Positions 36,697 to 50,725 of a stretch of 64,000 nt of DNA are shown in pieces. The DNA comes from Eukaryota sp. GEM-RC1 (taxonomy: Eukaryota). The notes under the pieces were generated by a model. The model was not told the DNA's origin and searched no databases. It saw only the letters and a list, made by a program, of their open reading frames with translations. Positions within the stretch are counted from its first letter, which is position 1. Each line of letters starts with the position of its first letter. Where the stretch lies: NCBI GenBank assembly GCA_040285855.1, contig JAUFOQ010000001.1, positions 2,790,001-2,854,000 on the forward strand, given 5' to 3'. Made by a program: the position numbers and the translations under genes.

Positions 36697-38059
36697 AGTT
36701 GATAACATTTTGGATACGTCTCATCTTTCGAATCATGGTCTCAAATTAAGATGTTGTTTATGATTGATATCAACCATCACGAGTAATAGAAAAGAGAAAA
36801 AGTTCATTAATTAGTGAAGAACTTGGTTGTCAAACACCAAAAACTATTACCCTTTAGGGGTGTGATAGTGGGATTAATTGAATGTCCATTACCGTGATTC
36901 CACTCTTGCATACAACTTTTGATTTATTTCTGGTTGTCATTAGAGTGGTAGTTTTATGAAAGTAGAAATTGTACTTAAAACATACCTGGAAAATACACTT
37001 TTCTGTATCTTCTGTATTTCGTGTATTTGTGTACTTGTACTTTTTATTTTTCTGTATTCAAATACAGTATTTCTTAATGAATAGTTTTCAGAAGTACTTA
37101 CCTCTTTTGGATGTACATCCTTCCTATGGATCCAATTTTTTCTATGGGATTTAATGAAATAAATAAAAACAGGGCACTAATCAAGATACAAGACAGATGA
37201 ACAAACTTATCTGCTGAATTGGCTCAAAGAATAATTGCTCTTGACTTTGTTTCTACACACGCAGGGCACATAATACGTGCCAAAATCAAACCATGAAGAT
37301 AGAAAAGAAGAATTGAGTCTGAAGAGGGTTGTGAGACAATTAGACCTGTACAACGGACTAAAAATAAAAAAGTCAACTAAGTCGACTCCGCTTTGTGAGT
37401 TGAGTCGCGGCGACTCGTGAAACAACAGAGCGGAGTCGAGTCGAGTCAGATGAATATCAAATCAAGTCGTGCACAATCCAGAGACATTTGATCAGTCTGC
37501 ATTTAAAGAATGCAGTATATATTAACTAAAGTATTGATAGAAACGAACCAAATACATGCAGTTGATCATTGAACATTATTGTTGTCTTTGTACACTACTA
37601 AGAAAACAGATAACACAACATCATTACCATTATCTTTGTGTATTTTGATATGTATCTGTATCTGTATTTTTGTATTTGTATTTTGTTCAACCCTTGTAAT
37701 TTCGGAAAATTAAATATAATTTCTTCTAGGCTTAAAACATAGTTTCCCTGGACAGTTAGGTCGACTTTTAAAATTAAGACATTCAAAATGTTGTAAAATT
37801 GTGCTAAGAGTTCCGTAAGAGTAAATTTCAAAGAAATCTGCTTCCTAATTTTGCAAACATTCATTGGGAAACAAATTTGCCAAAGATCAAGATATTAGTG
37901 GTTAAATTAAGGATTTGTAGTTATCATGTCAGTAAAACACATGATTTTCAAATCAGGATGCTTGTTAGTTGTATTGTCGTTCTTCTTTTCAAACTTTCGT
38001 AATATGACTATTCGAGGTCAAGGTTTTGAAATGTAAAAAATATATAACCTTATCTTGTC

Positions 38060-38760
38060 ATAGTTACTAAGAATTTGAAAGATTGGGAGAGAATCAGTGA
38101 GGTTTAAACAATTAGTTTCCATGTTCAATTTTTGACAAGTTAAACAGAGATTTTAGTCTTATGTTTTCCGGGTTTTCTATTGGAATCATTACAGACATCA
38201 CAAGACGCGAAACAATAACAAAAGAACCATTACGACCAGGAAATATCTCTTCATTACGACTTTTTCCAAACGATTTGGCAACATCTGTGTCATCAAACAA
38301 ACCAGCCAATACTGGTTCTAATAACGAAACTATTGTAAAAGATTTACATAATTAATATACTTGGTCACCTATTGAATGAAGACACTGATTTATATGTGGC
38401 ACAAAAACGCACAACAGGAAAACAACAATCAAATAGAGACCATTAAAACAAACTACCCAATTTTGAAATGTAGTTACCACCGAACAATTTAGACCAAAAT
38501 GGAATCAACATATCTATTCAGTCTTAAAAATCGAAAAAGTGATTCATGAACTCTACTTCTAAAAGAGACATAACGGTTACAATTCAATAACTTTAAAGGT
38601 GTCATTGATTGCCAACAATGGCATTTTAAATTATGTGGTAAATTATCAGGCAAAATAAATGACCGTAAACTCATGTATAACGACCAAGAATTATCATAAC
38701 GAAGAAAAGATCGTATGCTTGAGGGATTTGAGTAATCAGACATTAAACAGAGCTTTGAGA
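38060..38760 (-). mobile_element. Decayed RLE-type non-LTR fragment (duplicate at about 60076-60780)
   Basis: LKCHC...LLNCNRYVSFRSRVHE and LLEPVLAGL...FGKSR, homologous to 2841-3479. Confidence 0.6.
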
Positions 38761-39929
38761 AACATCATCATGATGTTCTGCAGAAACAGAATTGTTCGTA
38801 ATACAACTAATCCTTTAATTGTACTAACGAAGTAACAGATTGGTCTGCAGGTGAGGATGTCTCTTTGCTCTTAATGTGCCCACCGTTTCACAGTGATTGG
38901 AAGTTGTAGCGATCTTGTCGACGTAAAATTGATACGCTGAGTATGTTACTGTGGGGCTTAGATCTTTTAAAATCTTAGAAGTTATTTCCACAGTACTACC
39001 AAAACTCGAAGTATGAACTGAAACAAATACATTTTGACGATTGTACGTTGATTGAACTTAGTCATTGGAGTACATTAATATGTTTTTCAGATGCTTCTTA
39101 AGTGATCACAACATTTTGAAGTCATACTGAAAACATAAGGTTGAGCACATGGATCCAATATTGTGTGATTAATTAAATTTTGGCTAGAATCAATAAAGAG
39201 ACCTTGTGAGTTTTCACGACAAGAAGAATTAATCAATCAAGACCGAACTTCCTGAAAAGGAGTTCTACTTTGAAACGAAATCCATGGGATTTAAACCTTT
39301 CAAATGTAACATCTCTATCAGCATTATTAGGAATTCGGGCTCCCGTTTCACCTGGTGACCTTACCTCACCCGAATTTTCCAAATTTCACCTGAAATGACT
39401 TAGACTATTCCTCACCCGTTCCACTCCAGTGTCACCTGGTATAATATAATGTAAAGGGGAAGCAGTGATAGCGTTTGAAGTAACAGAGTTGGAAACTGCA
39501 TTAATTGCAGTTGATCAAGTTGGCGGGGACGTGCTTTCTGACAATGAGATGTCATCTAAGAAGAAGAACTTGACTTGATGAACGCCTTTTTAGCATGATC
39601 TGGACATTCTCTACAGATTTGTACACTTGCTGTGTGAGTAAATTGTTGATTTCTTTAGGCGATTGTTATAAATACCAAATTTCGTTCTTGTCTATGGGAA
39701 GTAGAGATATTGAGGATATTACCTTTGGAACGAGTAGTTTTCTGCTTATGGTATCACATTGTATCACTTTACTGTAGTAGAACGATTGATTTAAGTTCAT
39801 TTCGACAATCGTATATATTATAGAAATTCTTATTATACCAAGTTATGCGTAGAAAATTATATTATCTTTGGAACTGATAGCCAAGAAATTTTGAACAAAA
39901 CTTGTTTTTATTTGCATTTTCACTAAAAC

Positions 39930-40505
39930 TAGGACTGTCCAAAGTTCGGTCCGCCCAAAAGGTCTGACTCAGTCCGGTTCTTCTTGGTTCACTGGTTCAG
40001 GTTCCGCATTTTCATGGAACCGGTCCGAACCGATATTTGTTAAAAACCCTTATCTGTGGTAAAAACAACTTTTGCGAAGATATACTGTATTGGACACTGT
40101 GTTCGCAATGTGAGAATCTAACTGAAACAATCAATAAATAAGTATAGAATTATTCTTGAAATTCTTGTCCCCCAATGGTCCTTAACGCTAATCCTCCTGT
40201 AGACCTTCCATCTCCTGCTTCACGTAAGGAAGCATGGATTTGAAACTACTTCACCCGCCTTGAAGACAAACGTGCTCGCTGCAACGCTGAAAGTTGTGAG
40301 AAACACGAACAACCTTATGCAGCAACCAAAGGGAATAATATTATTATACGACATCTTCAGAACCAACATAATGATATTCTTCAACCCAATGAACAAAAGG
40401 AAAGTCTTCAGAATGTCCAGGTCATCACCACTTTCCTGCAAAAGCGTAAGCAGTACACTGAGTGTGATCCAACAGTACTACAAAACGTATTCTTGTGGTT
40501 TATGA
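39930..40505 (+). mobile_element. hAT left end plus BED-finger fragment (degenerate)
   Basis: Homologous to 21321-21928. Confidence 0.7.
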
Positions 40506-42540
40506 AACCACAAAATCTGTCCCAACAGTCAAAGTCTCAACCATCATTCAAGTGTCACTTGGTCACACAAGTGTAACAACCATTGACTTCTCGTTGATGC
40601 CATTCTCTCTGAAGAAAAAGATGAAGTGACCAAGATTTCGTTGTCGGAAAAGTTGCTTGCTTAAGACCACCAAGTTATGGACTTCTATTTGATAGATTTT
40701 GGGTCACAGAAGCTTATCCTAACGATATTAAATGGATCAACCTTAAGAAGGTCGGTGAGATGTGCAAAAGACATTAAAGTTATCAAGCTTATGAAGAATC
40801 TTGCCAATGGAGTTATATGGAATTGTTGGAACAAAGAAACGATAAGTAAGTGCACCCAAAACCATCCATGGAGAGTTTCTAGATCGATACTACAATATAC
40901 TGGAGTTTACTTTGCTCATGTAACTACCGTGTTGGAAAATTTCAAGGGATATCAAGAACCAAACCGTTACTTAAAGTTTACAAATGCTGTCACGAATTGA
41001 TCAAAGAAGGATAGTGAGGTATTAGTCAGAATATCAATTAGAAAAGAGTGATACAAATGTTCGACTTGAGGTGTTAGATATCTTATCTTTTGGCACTGAA
41101 ACTATAGAAACCAGATCGATTGTATATGGTTTGCCTTGTTTCAATTAAACAAATATACAACCACAATATCCATCTTTTGAATCTGGACTACAACAGTCAA
41201 GGTCTCAATCAATTGTTGCTACCTCCAAGAGAAAGAAAGAAAAGGTAGTGAAGCATTAGCTATGATGACGTGTGACTTAGTTATGTAGTTCATATTATGG
41301 TATAAACTACTTTTCCCCAATACAATCGTGCACAAACCAACAATGAATTCATTTTGGCAGCAAAGAATTCGATTTTTTCAAAAATTCAAACGATACACAA
41401 GATGGATTTTTAGCTTATTCACTTTGTCCTCCGACACAATTCAGTAGTGAAAGACAGGAATTTTGCAATACTATATTAAGAGTTATTCTGGCTGACGTGA
41501 TCAAGACCACGTGACATTGATCGAGAATCACACTGCACTGTCCTAATCACACTCAATTTCCAGGATTGACTGTCATCTTAGTGTGTCCGGCAAATGAAAG
41601 ATCCATCACAGACTTTCTTTAAGCTACTAAACAGATCCTTGAAATACAACCAGAAGCCTATTGGATTTTGTTATTAGAAATAAACAAGTTTTCCACTCAG
41701 CTTACTTTAGAAAATGTAATAACTTGATTGAAATTAAATATTTTAAAATTATTCAATACTGTTAGATAACAATGCTTATATATTAGTAAAAGAACTTACT
41801 TCGTTCACAGAAAGACGACAGATTTAGTTTTTAAGACAGCGAAATCCAACTTTAAATCTAGGATCAAAACCAAACTCACGATCAACAACTGATTAAAATT
41901 TGATTGATAACTTGCAACTACACTAATGGTGCATTTAATTTTGTATTCAGAACACTTTCGAATTTAAAATTAGATTATTACAATAAATTAACAGAATTTC
42001 CAAATTCTGATCTCTCTTTAGGGACACTTTTACAGTAGAACCGTGTATTGAAGACTCTTGAAGCAGACCATCATTGAGATAAGCAGTGATTCTGTAAGGA
42101 AAATCATGGTAGAAATGCCATATTGATTGAGTTCAGTGATGACGTGTCATTGATTGTTCAAAGAGAGGTAGCAAAGACCTAAGAAGTGACAAGTAAGATG
42201 TTCTTTTAGGAGTACTGAACTGGAAGAGTTGTTTTTGAAAGAAGAACTGAGGTGACAAAGGCCATGCATCTTTGAAAAATCATAATCTGAAATAAAAGGA
42301 ACAGAGACCAGAGAAGATGCTTTGAAGAGAGAAGGACTGAAGATTAAAAGGAAAGACTTGAAAGATTATGACAAGAGGAAATTGGAAAGAAAAAGGTTCA
42401 CCCACAAGCATTGTACAAATGATAGAGAAAGAACGCGCAATGTACACTACATGTAGCTGGGATCGTGGTGGAAACTGACAAATGTAAGGATTCTCTTACC
42501 AGAAACTAACCACTGCATTTCTCTCTTTGCATTACTTCTC

Positions 42541-44070
42541 GTGTCATTCTCCCTTCCCCCAGCAGAAACTCTGACCTTCATTCTCGATGAACCTTCCCTA
42601 TGCAATCAAACCATCACATTATGAGAAGAGTCTATTGAAGTGAACAAGTTCATTCTTGCCGCTCATTCTACCTACTTTCGGTCTCTTTGGTTCTTGGAGT
42701 TTGGTGACAGAGACGAAAACCCAATCGACTTCTCCCATCTCCCTGTTGACTCTAACAACTTTCTTGCCTTCATCAAGTCCTTCTTCGGACAATCTTTCAC
42801 TCTCAACGAGAACAATGCCTATGACTTCTACTATCTTGTCCACTACTTCCAAGTGGACAAACTGATCGTACAAGTGGAAAACCACCTCAACACTCATCTC
42901 GTAACCTGGGCTTGGTTAAAACCATTCATTAAAGAAGCAGATGAAAGAAATGACTTGAGAGCTCTGGAATTCGTTGGTCCTTTCTTTTCTAAGATTGATG
43001 ACCTTGTGATTGATGACGTGATGGCAATCACTACTGAAGGGTTAAAAACTCTTTGCAAATACTGTACTTCCACTCAATCTCAATCTTGGTTCATCAAATC
43101 AATGGTGAAATCAATTTTAAATCAAAGTTTTGATTTGAATGAATTTTTCAATGTTTTAAATTCGTGCTCAATTGAAGCCTTTTCCTTTCAACAATGGGAT
43201 GAGTTGCTATTTGTTCCTTAAAAAGATGTTGAAGAATTGGAAGCCGATTTGATCAAGTTTTTGTTTACAAGAGTTAAGAATCTTTACTTTGACTCGTTGG
43301 TGAAAGAAGTTTCTGATTTGAAGGAAGAAGTATCTGATTTGAACATTCAAAATTCTGAATTAACAACCAAATGTTCGAATTTAGAAAACAACAATTCTGA
43401 TTTAACAACAGAAATCAGTCATTTGAAGACAACAATTTCTGATTTGGGAACAAACAATGCTGGTTTAACAACTGATATTCAGAATTTAACTACTACAAAG
43501 TCTAACAAAATTACCAAACTACAACAAGAAATTGAACAACTTAAAAAGATAACTACAGAAACTCAAGTGGTGTGTCAATCAGTTCCTCAATCAAAAGTGA
43601 TTAGATTCTCTCCAACTAAGAAACATTCTCAGTTACAAGTTAGTGGGGATAGAAAGAGAGTTGATGTTGGTAGTGGTGATTATGTGGTTAGAAATATCTT
43701 GGGAGAAGATCCACTTCTTCCAGGTAATTTGTATACTTGGAAGTTGAGGTACCAGAGGGTTACTAGTGGTCTTGTTGTTGGAGTCATTGACGAGTCAAAG
43801 TTTAGTGTTGATGGTAGTTGTTGGAACAGTGCTCACTGTTTTCACAATGGTAATAGTGTTTGGGGTTGTCTCTCAGGAAACAAAACTAAGTGGAATCCTG
43901 GTGAATTACTCGAAATCAGTGTAAATCTAATCAATCACACTTTAACAATCAAATCTGTGAGTAATTCTTCAATTAATCTTTCTGGAACTCTTCCCAGGTT
44001 AAGTAGTGGTAATTATTATCCATATGTTTTGTTGTATCATGGTAATCATGAACTTGAAATCGTTGAATAA
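42541..44070 (+). pseudogene. BTB - coiled-coil - SPRY-like copy E
   Basis: Start ATG changed to GTG at 42541; in-frame stops TGA 42622-42624 and TAA 43219-43221. Confidence 0.85.
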
Positions 44071-45859
44071 AGTTGACAACATTTTGCGTAAGTCTCATCT
44101 TTCGAATCATTGTCTCAAATTAAAATATTTGATATCAACGATGACGAGTGACAGAAAAGAGAAAAGTTCATTTATTAAAGAACTTGATCGTCCAACACCA
44201 AACACTATTACTCTTTAAGGTTCTGATAGTGTGATTAATGTCCATTACCGTGATTCCATTTGTGCATATAACTTTTGATTTATTTTTGGTTGTTATTAGA
44301 GTGGTAGTTTTATGGGAAGTGGAAACTGTACTTAAGATTGTATTTCTTGAGGTCCAAAATATAGACATTGAAAATGTTTTAAAGGCGTCACTGGAGTTTC
44401 GTAAGAGAAAATTTGAATGAAATCACAATATTTTCTAATATTTTGCAAACATTGATTGAGAAACAAGTTTGTCAAAAATCAGAAATTAAAAAGGTCAATT
44501 TGATGATTCCTGGTTATTATGTCGGTAAAATATAGCTATTTCTAAATCCGGGTGCTTGTTAGTTGTAGAAGCGTTCTACTTTTCACTGTGTCCTCATATG
44601 AATCAATGTGGTCAGTGTTTTTAAGCATACATACTCCTGTATTGCCATATTTTGAAAAACAATCCGACACAATGTAAGAGAATCAACAGGGATTATAGGT
44701 CAGTGATTGATATTGTTGGCTCTTTCAGGATTTTTCACTAATAGATTCTCCTTCGAGGTTGTGAGAAACACAGTCTTCATTAAAAATTCAACTGTTTTAA
44801 AATCTCCCTGAGTTGTTTACTCTAGACTCAGTTTGAATTTTTTCCTGCTGCAATATACTAGTATTAGATTAAATATTTATTGTCCAAGGTTCTTTGTATC
44901 AATATAGTTATTATAAATACAAGAATATTGTAATATATTTCAACGTTTCTACTTATGTCATTCATTTTCAAACAAATCTGACAACCAATATCGACTTCCA
45001 ATCAATAGAAAACACCATTGAGTTCTTCTAAGGATAAGGCGTTGTTCTAAAATGGCATATGAAGTCATCGAAACGTTGAATTTGACAACTTTGATATGTC
45101 TGCTCCTCAGCGCAAAGTGTTTGTGGACCAGCTTTTTACTGTGGCTAATCCCCAATTGGCTGCAAGGTCTGGAGTAGTGACCAGACAGTATCTTTCTGCA
45201 ACATTTGTCGTCATCTGATCTTCGATGAAAGCACTACCAAACTGATTCTCATATCATTATTCCACCTAGCTAAAAACGGCCAAATTCACCTTTCATATGT
45301 GATTTTTTTGTGCGGCTTTCAGTGCCTACTGTCGATTGCTTTCAGTGCTGTAAAAGTGCAGATACTGATCAAACAAATGAACCACTATTTAATATTTGTA
45401 GTAGACGTTATCTGACACATCACTTAAATCGCTTAATTCAACGACACGATAAAGTCATCATCTTTAGAGGATAATCTTCTGCTATTTGTGTCAGTATATT
45501 GGTTTAAAACACTGTAATTTAACAACGAATCGCTTCTCATCAGAATATATGAGTCATATTAAAAAATGAACCGAAAATATACATTCTTAGTGGTTACTAT
45601 GTACAAAACACTGGATAAATCTAGATCATGATTGCTTCTTCGAGTTGACAGTGCTTAAATTAACACTCAGGTTATCAAACGGATAAACCACGTCATCATC
45701 AGAGGTGTCAGAATACACTATTGGAACTCGACGTGGGATAGGCTTCGAATAAGGACTATTAGAAGGATGACGATTACGAGATGTGAAGACTTTGGAGGGA
45801 TTTGTAGGACGACTACTGTGTTCATCCAACATAGCGGATAGCATAGGTTCTTCCTCATA

Positions 45860-46200
45860 CATGGATAGCTATTGGGTATTTCGTGACAAAATTTTGGGAA
45901 TTGATCTTGAATTACAAGAATCAACAGTTATGAAATCCATCATAATTTCTTGACAAGATAACCAAGGACCAATCAAATCACCACGACTTCCATCAACTTT
46001 TGTCTGATCAGAAAGATTAGCAAGTAAAGGGTCTATTCTTCCATGAAAACCACTAGCTTTAAACATATGTCCAAACAGTTATGCCGGATACTGTTGTGAA
46101 TAATAGATCTAAAACAAATAAATTGATGACAGTTAACTAAATGATGAAAATTGAACGACCACAAAGACATGAGTCTCAACATTTGTTTTTTAGAAATTTG
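45860..46200 (-). mobile_element. RLE-type non-LTR endonuclease fragment
   Basis: CLCG knuckle relic and DPLLANL..SRGDLIGP..MDFITVD. Confidence 0.55.
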
Positions 46201-46639
46201 ATCTAGATTACTTTAGAGAAAAACGCCTTTTAATAACCATTACTGATAGATAGTACCATTAATACTAACAAACGAGATAGCAACAGCTTTTCATTCGTTC
46301 ATTCATGTCTCACTCCAAAGAAACGGTTTGGAATCGAATCAATTACCTAAACATTGCTTTTAAATCGGAAATTTACAACATTCCTCTTTCAGTAAATGGC
46401 ATTCAATTTTCTGTCACTACTTACACAATTTGCTCGAACGATAGTGAGAAATTTGTAACTAAAAATTCCGAACTAAAAGACGAAATAGCAAAGTGACGTA
46501 AAGCAAACGGTGTGTTTCACAGAAAATTACTCTTGGTAATTAATTCAATTTACCCAGCTAATTTCGCTTATTTTAGCATTTTTTCTGTGATGCTCAAATC
46601 CAGTGTGGAAGACAAGATATTTAACAGAGAACGGCTAAG

Positions 46640-48380
46640 AGTGTGACAGAATTTGAATTTGGAATTTCAGATTTCTTATGTATGTGACAGAATTTGAATT
46701 CTCAATTTGAAAATGTGAAGATGAATAAAAACACTTTATAGATATAAAAAACTAAAATACATATTAGGGATGAAACTTCTTGTTGGCTTTGGTATGTCCA
46801 GAGAGACCGCAGATGCTGCACATAAAGGGATTTCGCTTAGTACGAGTAGTTCTCCTGGTATTGTTACATAAAGGTGGAGGAGAAAGTGAGAGAGGTTGAG
46901 TTGCAGACTCATCAGAGAGAGTCGAAGATGGATTTCGAGACTGTTGAATAACCACCGGCTTAGGATATTTATTCTGTGCTGTCTGGATGCCAGTAAGCAT
47001 GATCTGTTCCAAACGAGAGCGAGTGGCATTATCTGCTGTTGTATACATTGAAGCCATTTGTTCAAGTGGGTTCAATAAAGCAGGAGCAGAGACATTTAAC
47101 CACCATTGATGATCAAAATCTTCCAATGTTAGAGCAGAGTCGTTGGAAATAAGTTCAACTAGTTCGTGTTTGCAAGGGATTCCATTCACAGTTCTATTCC
47201 ATTGGGAGCATTCAGGAATCCTTTGGTCTAAAGATTCAAGAGAGCATAGTACGTCATTAAGAGCGAAAGAAGAAACTTTCCGTACAACATTCTGAAAAAA
47301 AGTCATTGTTGACAAGTCGTCTATCAACTGCTGATTTATCATCAGCTACAGTTCTTCTGTAATCTGCTAACTGCTGAAAAATGTACTCATGAATTTGATG
47401 CATTGCCCCCATAACATCTCTTGAGGTCATTCGAGAAGTTGCTTTCAGTGCATTGTGTGCACTTTCGGCTCTGCCGGTTGTTCTCGTATTGAAGTGCTTC
47501 AATTTGTCGACATGGCAATGCAAGAAGTTTTTCGACACTTTCATAGTGTGATCAGTTAGATATTTAAGCACAGGTGCAAGTTGTTCATCAGCAGAATATT
47601 TTCGATTCATTTCTTCCCACATTGTTGCAGCTGTTTCTTCACTAGATTCATACACCATTTCGTCAAACATTTCAACAAATGTCTTCCATTTTGACTCTTC
47701 AACAGAATGTTTGTAGCCATTCAAGTTCTGTTTAATATGAAACCAGCAAAGTAGATGGTGGGCAGATGGATAGAGATCCCGGATGGCTTTTAAGAGGGCT
47801 TTGTCCTGATCAGTAACTATAATGCTGGGAGTCACTGGGAAAACATTATAAAACATCATTAGCGCTACTTTGTATGCAGCATTATTTTCATTTGTCATGA
47901 AAATATGTGCAACAACCAAAGTGCTGTTAGTACACGTCTTCACAGCTATGGTGAATAAAGGCATATTAAATCTATTAGTTGAATATGTTGAATCCATTAT
48001 CAACATACTAGCATACCTTCTGCTTAAAGAGATCGTTTCTCTATTCGAGACTAAGACACAAAATGGGTCTTCATTCACCTGAATATAGTACCGACACCAT
48101 ATTCGCGTGCAGCGGCCTCAATGCAGGAATCTTCACCAAGAATTTCTTTGCGCATAGCTTGGCGGTGATTCGTTACATCTTTCCGAGTGAGATTTGTGGG
48201 ACCATCTAGCCTGTTAACATCCGCCAAAACACTTCTAACTGGATACATGGGATTTAAAGACTCGAGTATATTATGCTGGCTTGGAGACACAACACGGTGA
48301 TGAAAGATTGTGGAAGTCTCTTCCAACATCTCATGAGAATGGCCATTTACTCGAGGGTAAGTAAGCCACTGGCCTTCAGA
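46640..48380 (-). mobile_element. Mutator-like (MULE) transposon, 5'-truncated and frameshifted
   Basis: LIMDSTYSTNRFNMPLF, VTDQDKAL, LLCWFHIKQN, TTGRAESAHNALK, SWIM-like GIPCKH and knuckle CSICGLSGH. Probable terminal repeat GAGTGTGACAGAATTTG at 46640. Confidence 0.85.
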
Positions 48381-48384
48381 TGTT

Positions 48385-48871
48385 TTAGATGTATGTAACA
48401 AATCTTGTGTTAGTAGGATATTAGATTCTTCTTTTAATCCATTAACAGCAGCTGATAAGCTCAAACACACCAAGTATGACTCTCAAGTAGAAGAATTAAA
48501 TAGAAACTCATATTCCAAATTTGTGTTTCAACCTTTTGCTGTTTCTCTTTTTGGATCTATTAGTCCTGCTGGTGATCAATTTTTTAAGGATTTCGAAGAA
48601 TTGTGTAAAGAAAAGAAGCGTAAGTTTAGAATGGCTGAATGGAAAAACCGTATAGTGTTTTCCATATATCGGAATATGCCTTTCTATTTCTCTAGATTAA
48701 TTGAGAAATTGTACAAGTTTGGTGTGAAGGTTCATGTAGATAAACGTAATCTTTTACCGGGTGGTGATGAAGTCGTTTGGATTTAATCTTAGTATTATTT
48801 GTTTGTTTTTACAATTTCATAGTTTGTAGAAAGGTTACCTTATTGGGTGCCGAATAAACATCTCTCTCTCT
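48385..48871 (+). mobile_element. 3' end of an RLE-type non-LTR retrotransposon with a (TC)n tail
   Basis: KHTKYD...FVFQPFAVSLFGSISPAG...NRIVFSIYR, followed by AATAAA and TCTCTCTCTC. Confidence 0.65.
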
Positions 48872-49926
48872 GATGTTCTAGTTACATAAACCTTCCAGGG
48901 ACACTGTGATTTTCATGTTTTTCGTGTTCTTATATAATTCAAAGCACAAAAACAATGCTAATCATGTTAATTCGGTACCATGAGCAGTTGTTCTCGTTGA
49001 AAACAGTCTTCATTGAAAATTGAATTGTTTTAAAGTCTCCCTGAGTTTTTACTCTAGACTCAGTTTGAATTTTACCTATTTCAATATATTGCAACATATT
49101 ACAATACTTATGACATTCTTTTTCAAACAACTCTGACAAAAAATATCGACATATATTCAATGGGAAACAGCAATGAGCTGTTCTAAGGATACGGAGTTGT
49201 TTCAAAATGTCATATGAAGTCATCGAGGTGTGGAATTTATGAAATTTCATAAATATTTTTCTTTATAAAAAGTTTGTGTGGACCAGTTTTTAACTGTCGC
49301 TAATTCCCAATTTCCTGCAAGTTCTGGAGTAGAGGGCCAGGTAGCATATTACGGCAACACTTGTCCTCATTTTATCTTAGATGAAGGTACTATCAAACGG
49401 ATTATACGCAACCATCCTAGCTCATAGTACTGTTGCTTATACAAGTAAAGTGCTTTTAGACAGTGTATGCCCTTTCGACTTTAAGAATAAAAATGAGGAT
49501 AATGTTAAGAAGAGGCGTCGAGCATTCAGAGGAACATGGAGAGAGAAACTGATCTTTTGTGTAATCAACTTGGTCAATAGATCATCTCGATCGTGTATAT
49601 GAATGGATTCGTTACAGAGGTAGAAGAAAAATTGCTCTTGATACACAACATTTGAATGTTTTAGATCCAAGAGCTATCACATGTAAATGATAGTCTTTAT
49701 ACACACATGTATTGAAAGCCGCACAAAGACAACTAAATATAAAGGGTGAATTTGGAGACAGTATTGAGTTTCTTAGCTGTATAAAATAGTGTCATATGTT
49801 GCGATATCTATTGCAAGTTTCTGAATCTGCAATAAATTTATTGCAATTAAATTTTACGTTAAATTTTTTTTTACCCTTACCTCAGAGTCTGTACGTTAAA
49901 GAACATGCTTTATTACGACTTTTTGA

Positions 49927-50725
49927 TTGAAACTAACTGAGCGCTTATCTACTCAGTCTGTATGCTATACAACGGACGGTTGGACCTCACCAAATAATAC
50001 CCCCTTTATTTCTCTTACTGCTCATTTCATCACTTCTAAATTTCAACTTGTGAATGTTTTAACCGATTTACGTCCTTTTGGACATCCACACAATGAAGAA
50101 AGAACTGGCAGGTGTATTACTATGATGCTTAATGACGTTAATGCGAAAAGAGATCATTCGTTCACGGTTGACAATGCTCCCGCCTTACACGCTGCATTGA
50201 ACAGAATCAATTATGAACGATCTGAACTGGGTAAAGGTTGTATTCTTGAGATGAGATGCTTTGCACACATCCTAAATATTGTTGTCCAAGCTGGACTTCC
50301 TCACGTAGAAAACACCTGTAAAAAAATTCGGAAACTTGCTCAAACCTTGGCAGGCTCAACACAACTTACCCAAGAATTCCGTGATTGTTTCGAAGACCTA
50401 AATATTCGTTCAATTAGAAGAGATGTGAAAACTCGATGGAATAGTACAGATTTTATGCTTTGTACTTATCTCAAACGGTTACAAGCGATCAAGCTGTTTT
50501 TTGCAACAACAGAAAATGAAGATATTTCCGAATTACAACTTACGTCTCAAGAACTTGCCAATGTTCGCTGTTTGTGTGATATTTTGAAAGTATTTTATAA
50601 CGCAGCAAGTACTGTTTCGTACTCAACATGTTCAGTTGGACCGGGCGTTGTAATGCTCGCCGAAATAGAAAGGCAGTTTAATATTCAAGAGAACAATAAC
50701 CAACACAGACCATGGGTGTTGCGGA
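49927..50725 (+). mobile_element. hAT transposase catalytic-domain fragment
   Basis: TTDGWTS..FISLTAHFI, TVDNA, RCFAHILNIVVQ and DVKTRWNST; both ends truncated. Confidence 0.88.

Larger units (their letters stand above)
35813..41981 (+). repeat. Segmental duplication, near-identical to 57831-64000 (offset about 22.02 kb)
   Basis: Identical ORFs at a constant offset; the second copy runs off the window end. Confidence 0.92.
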
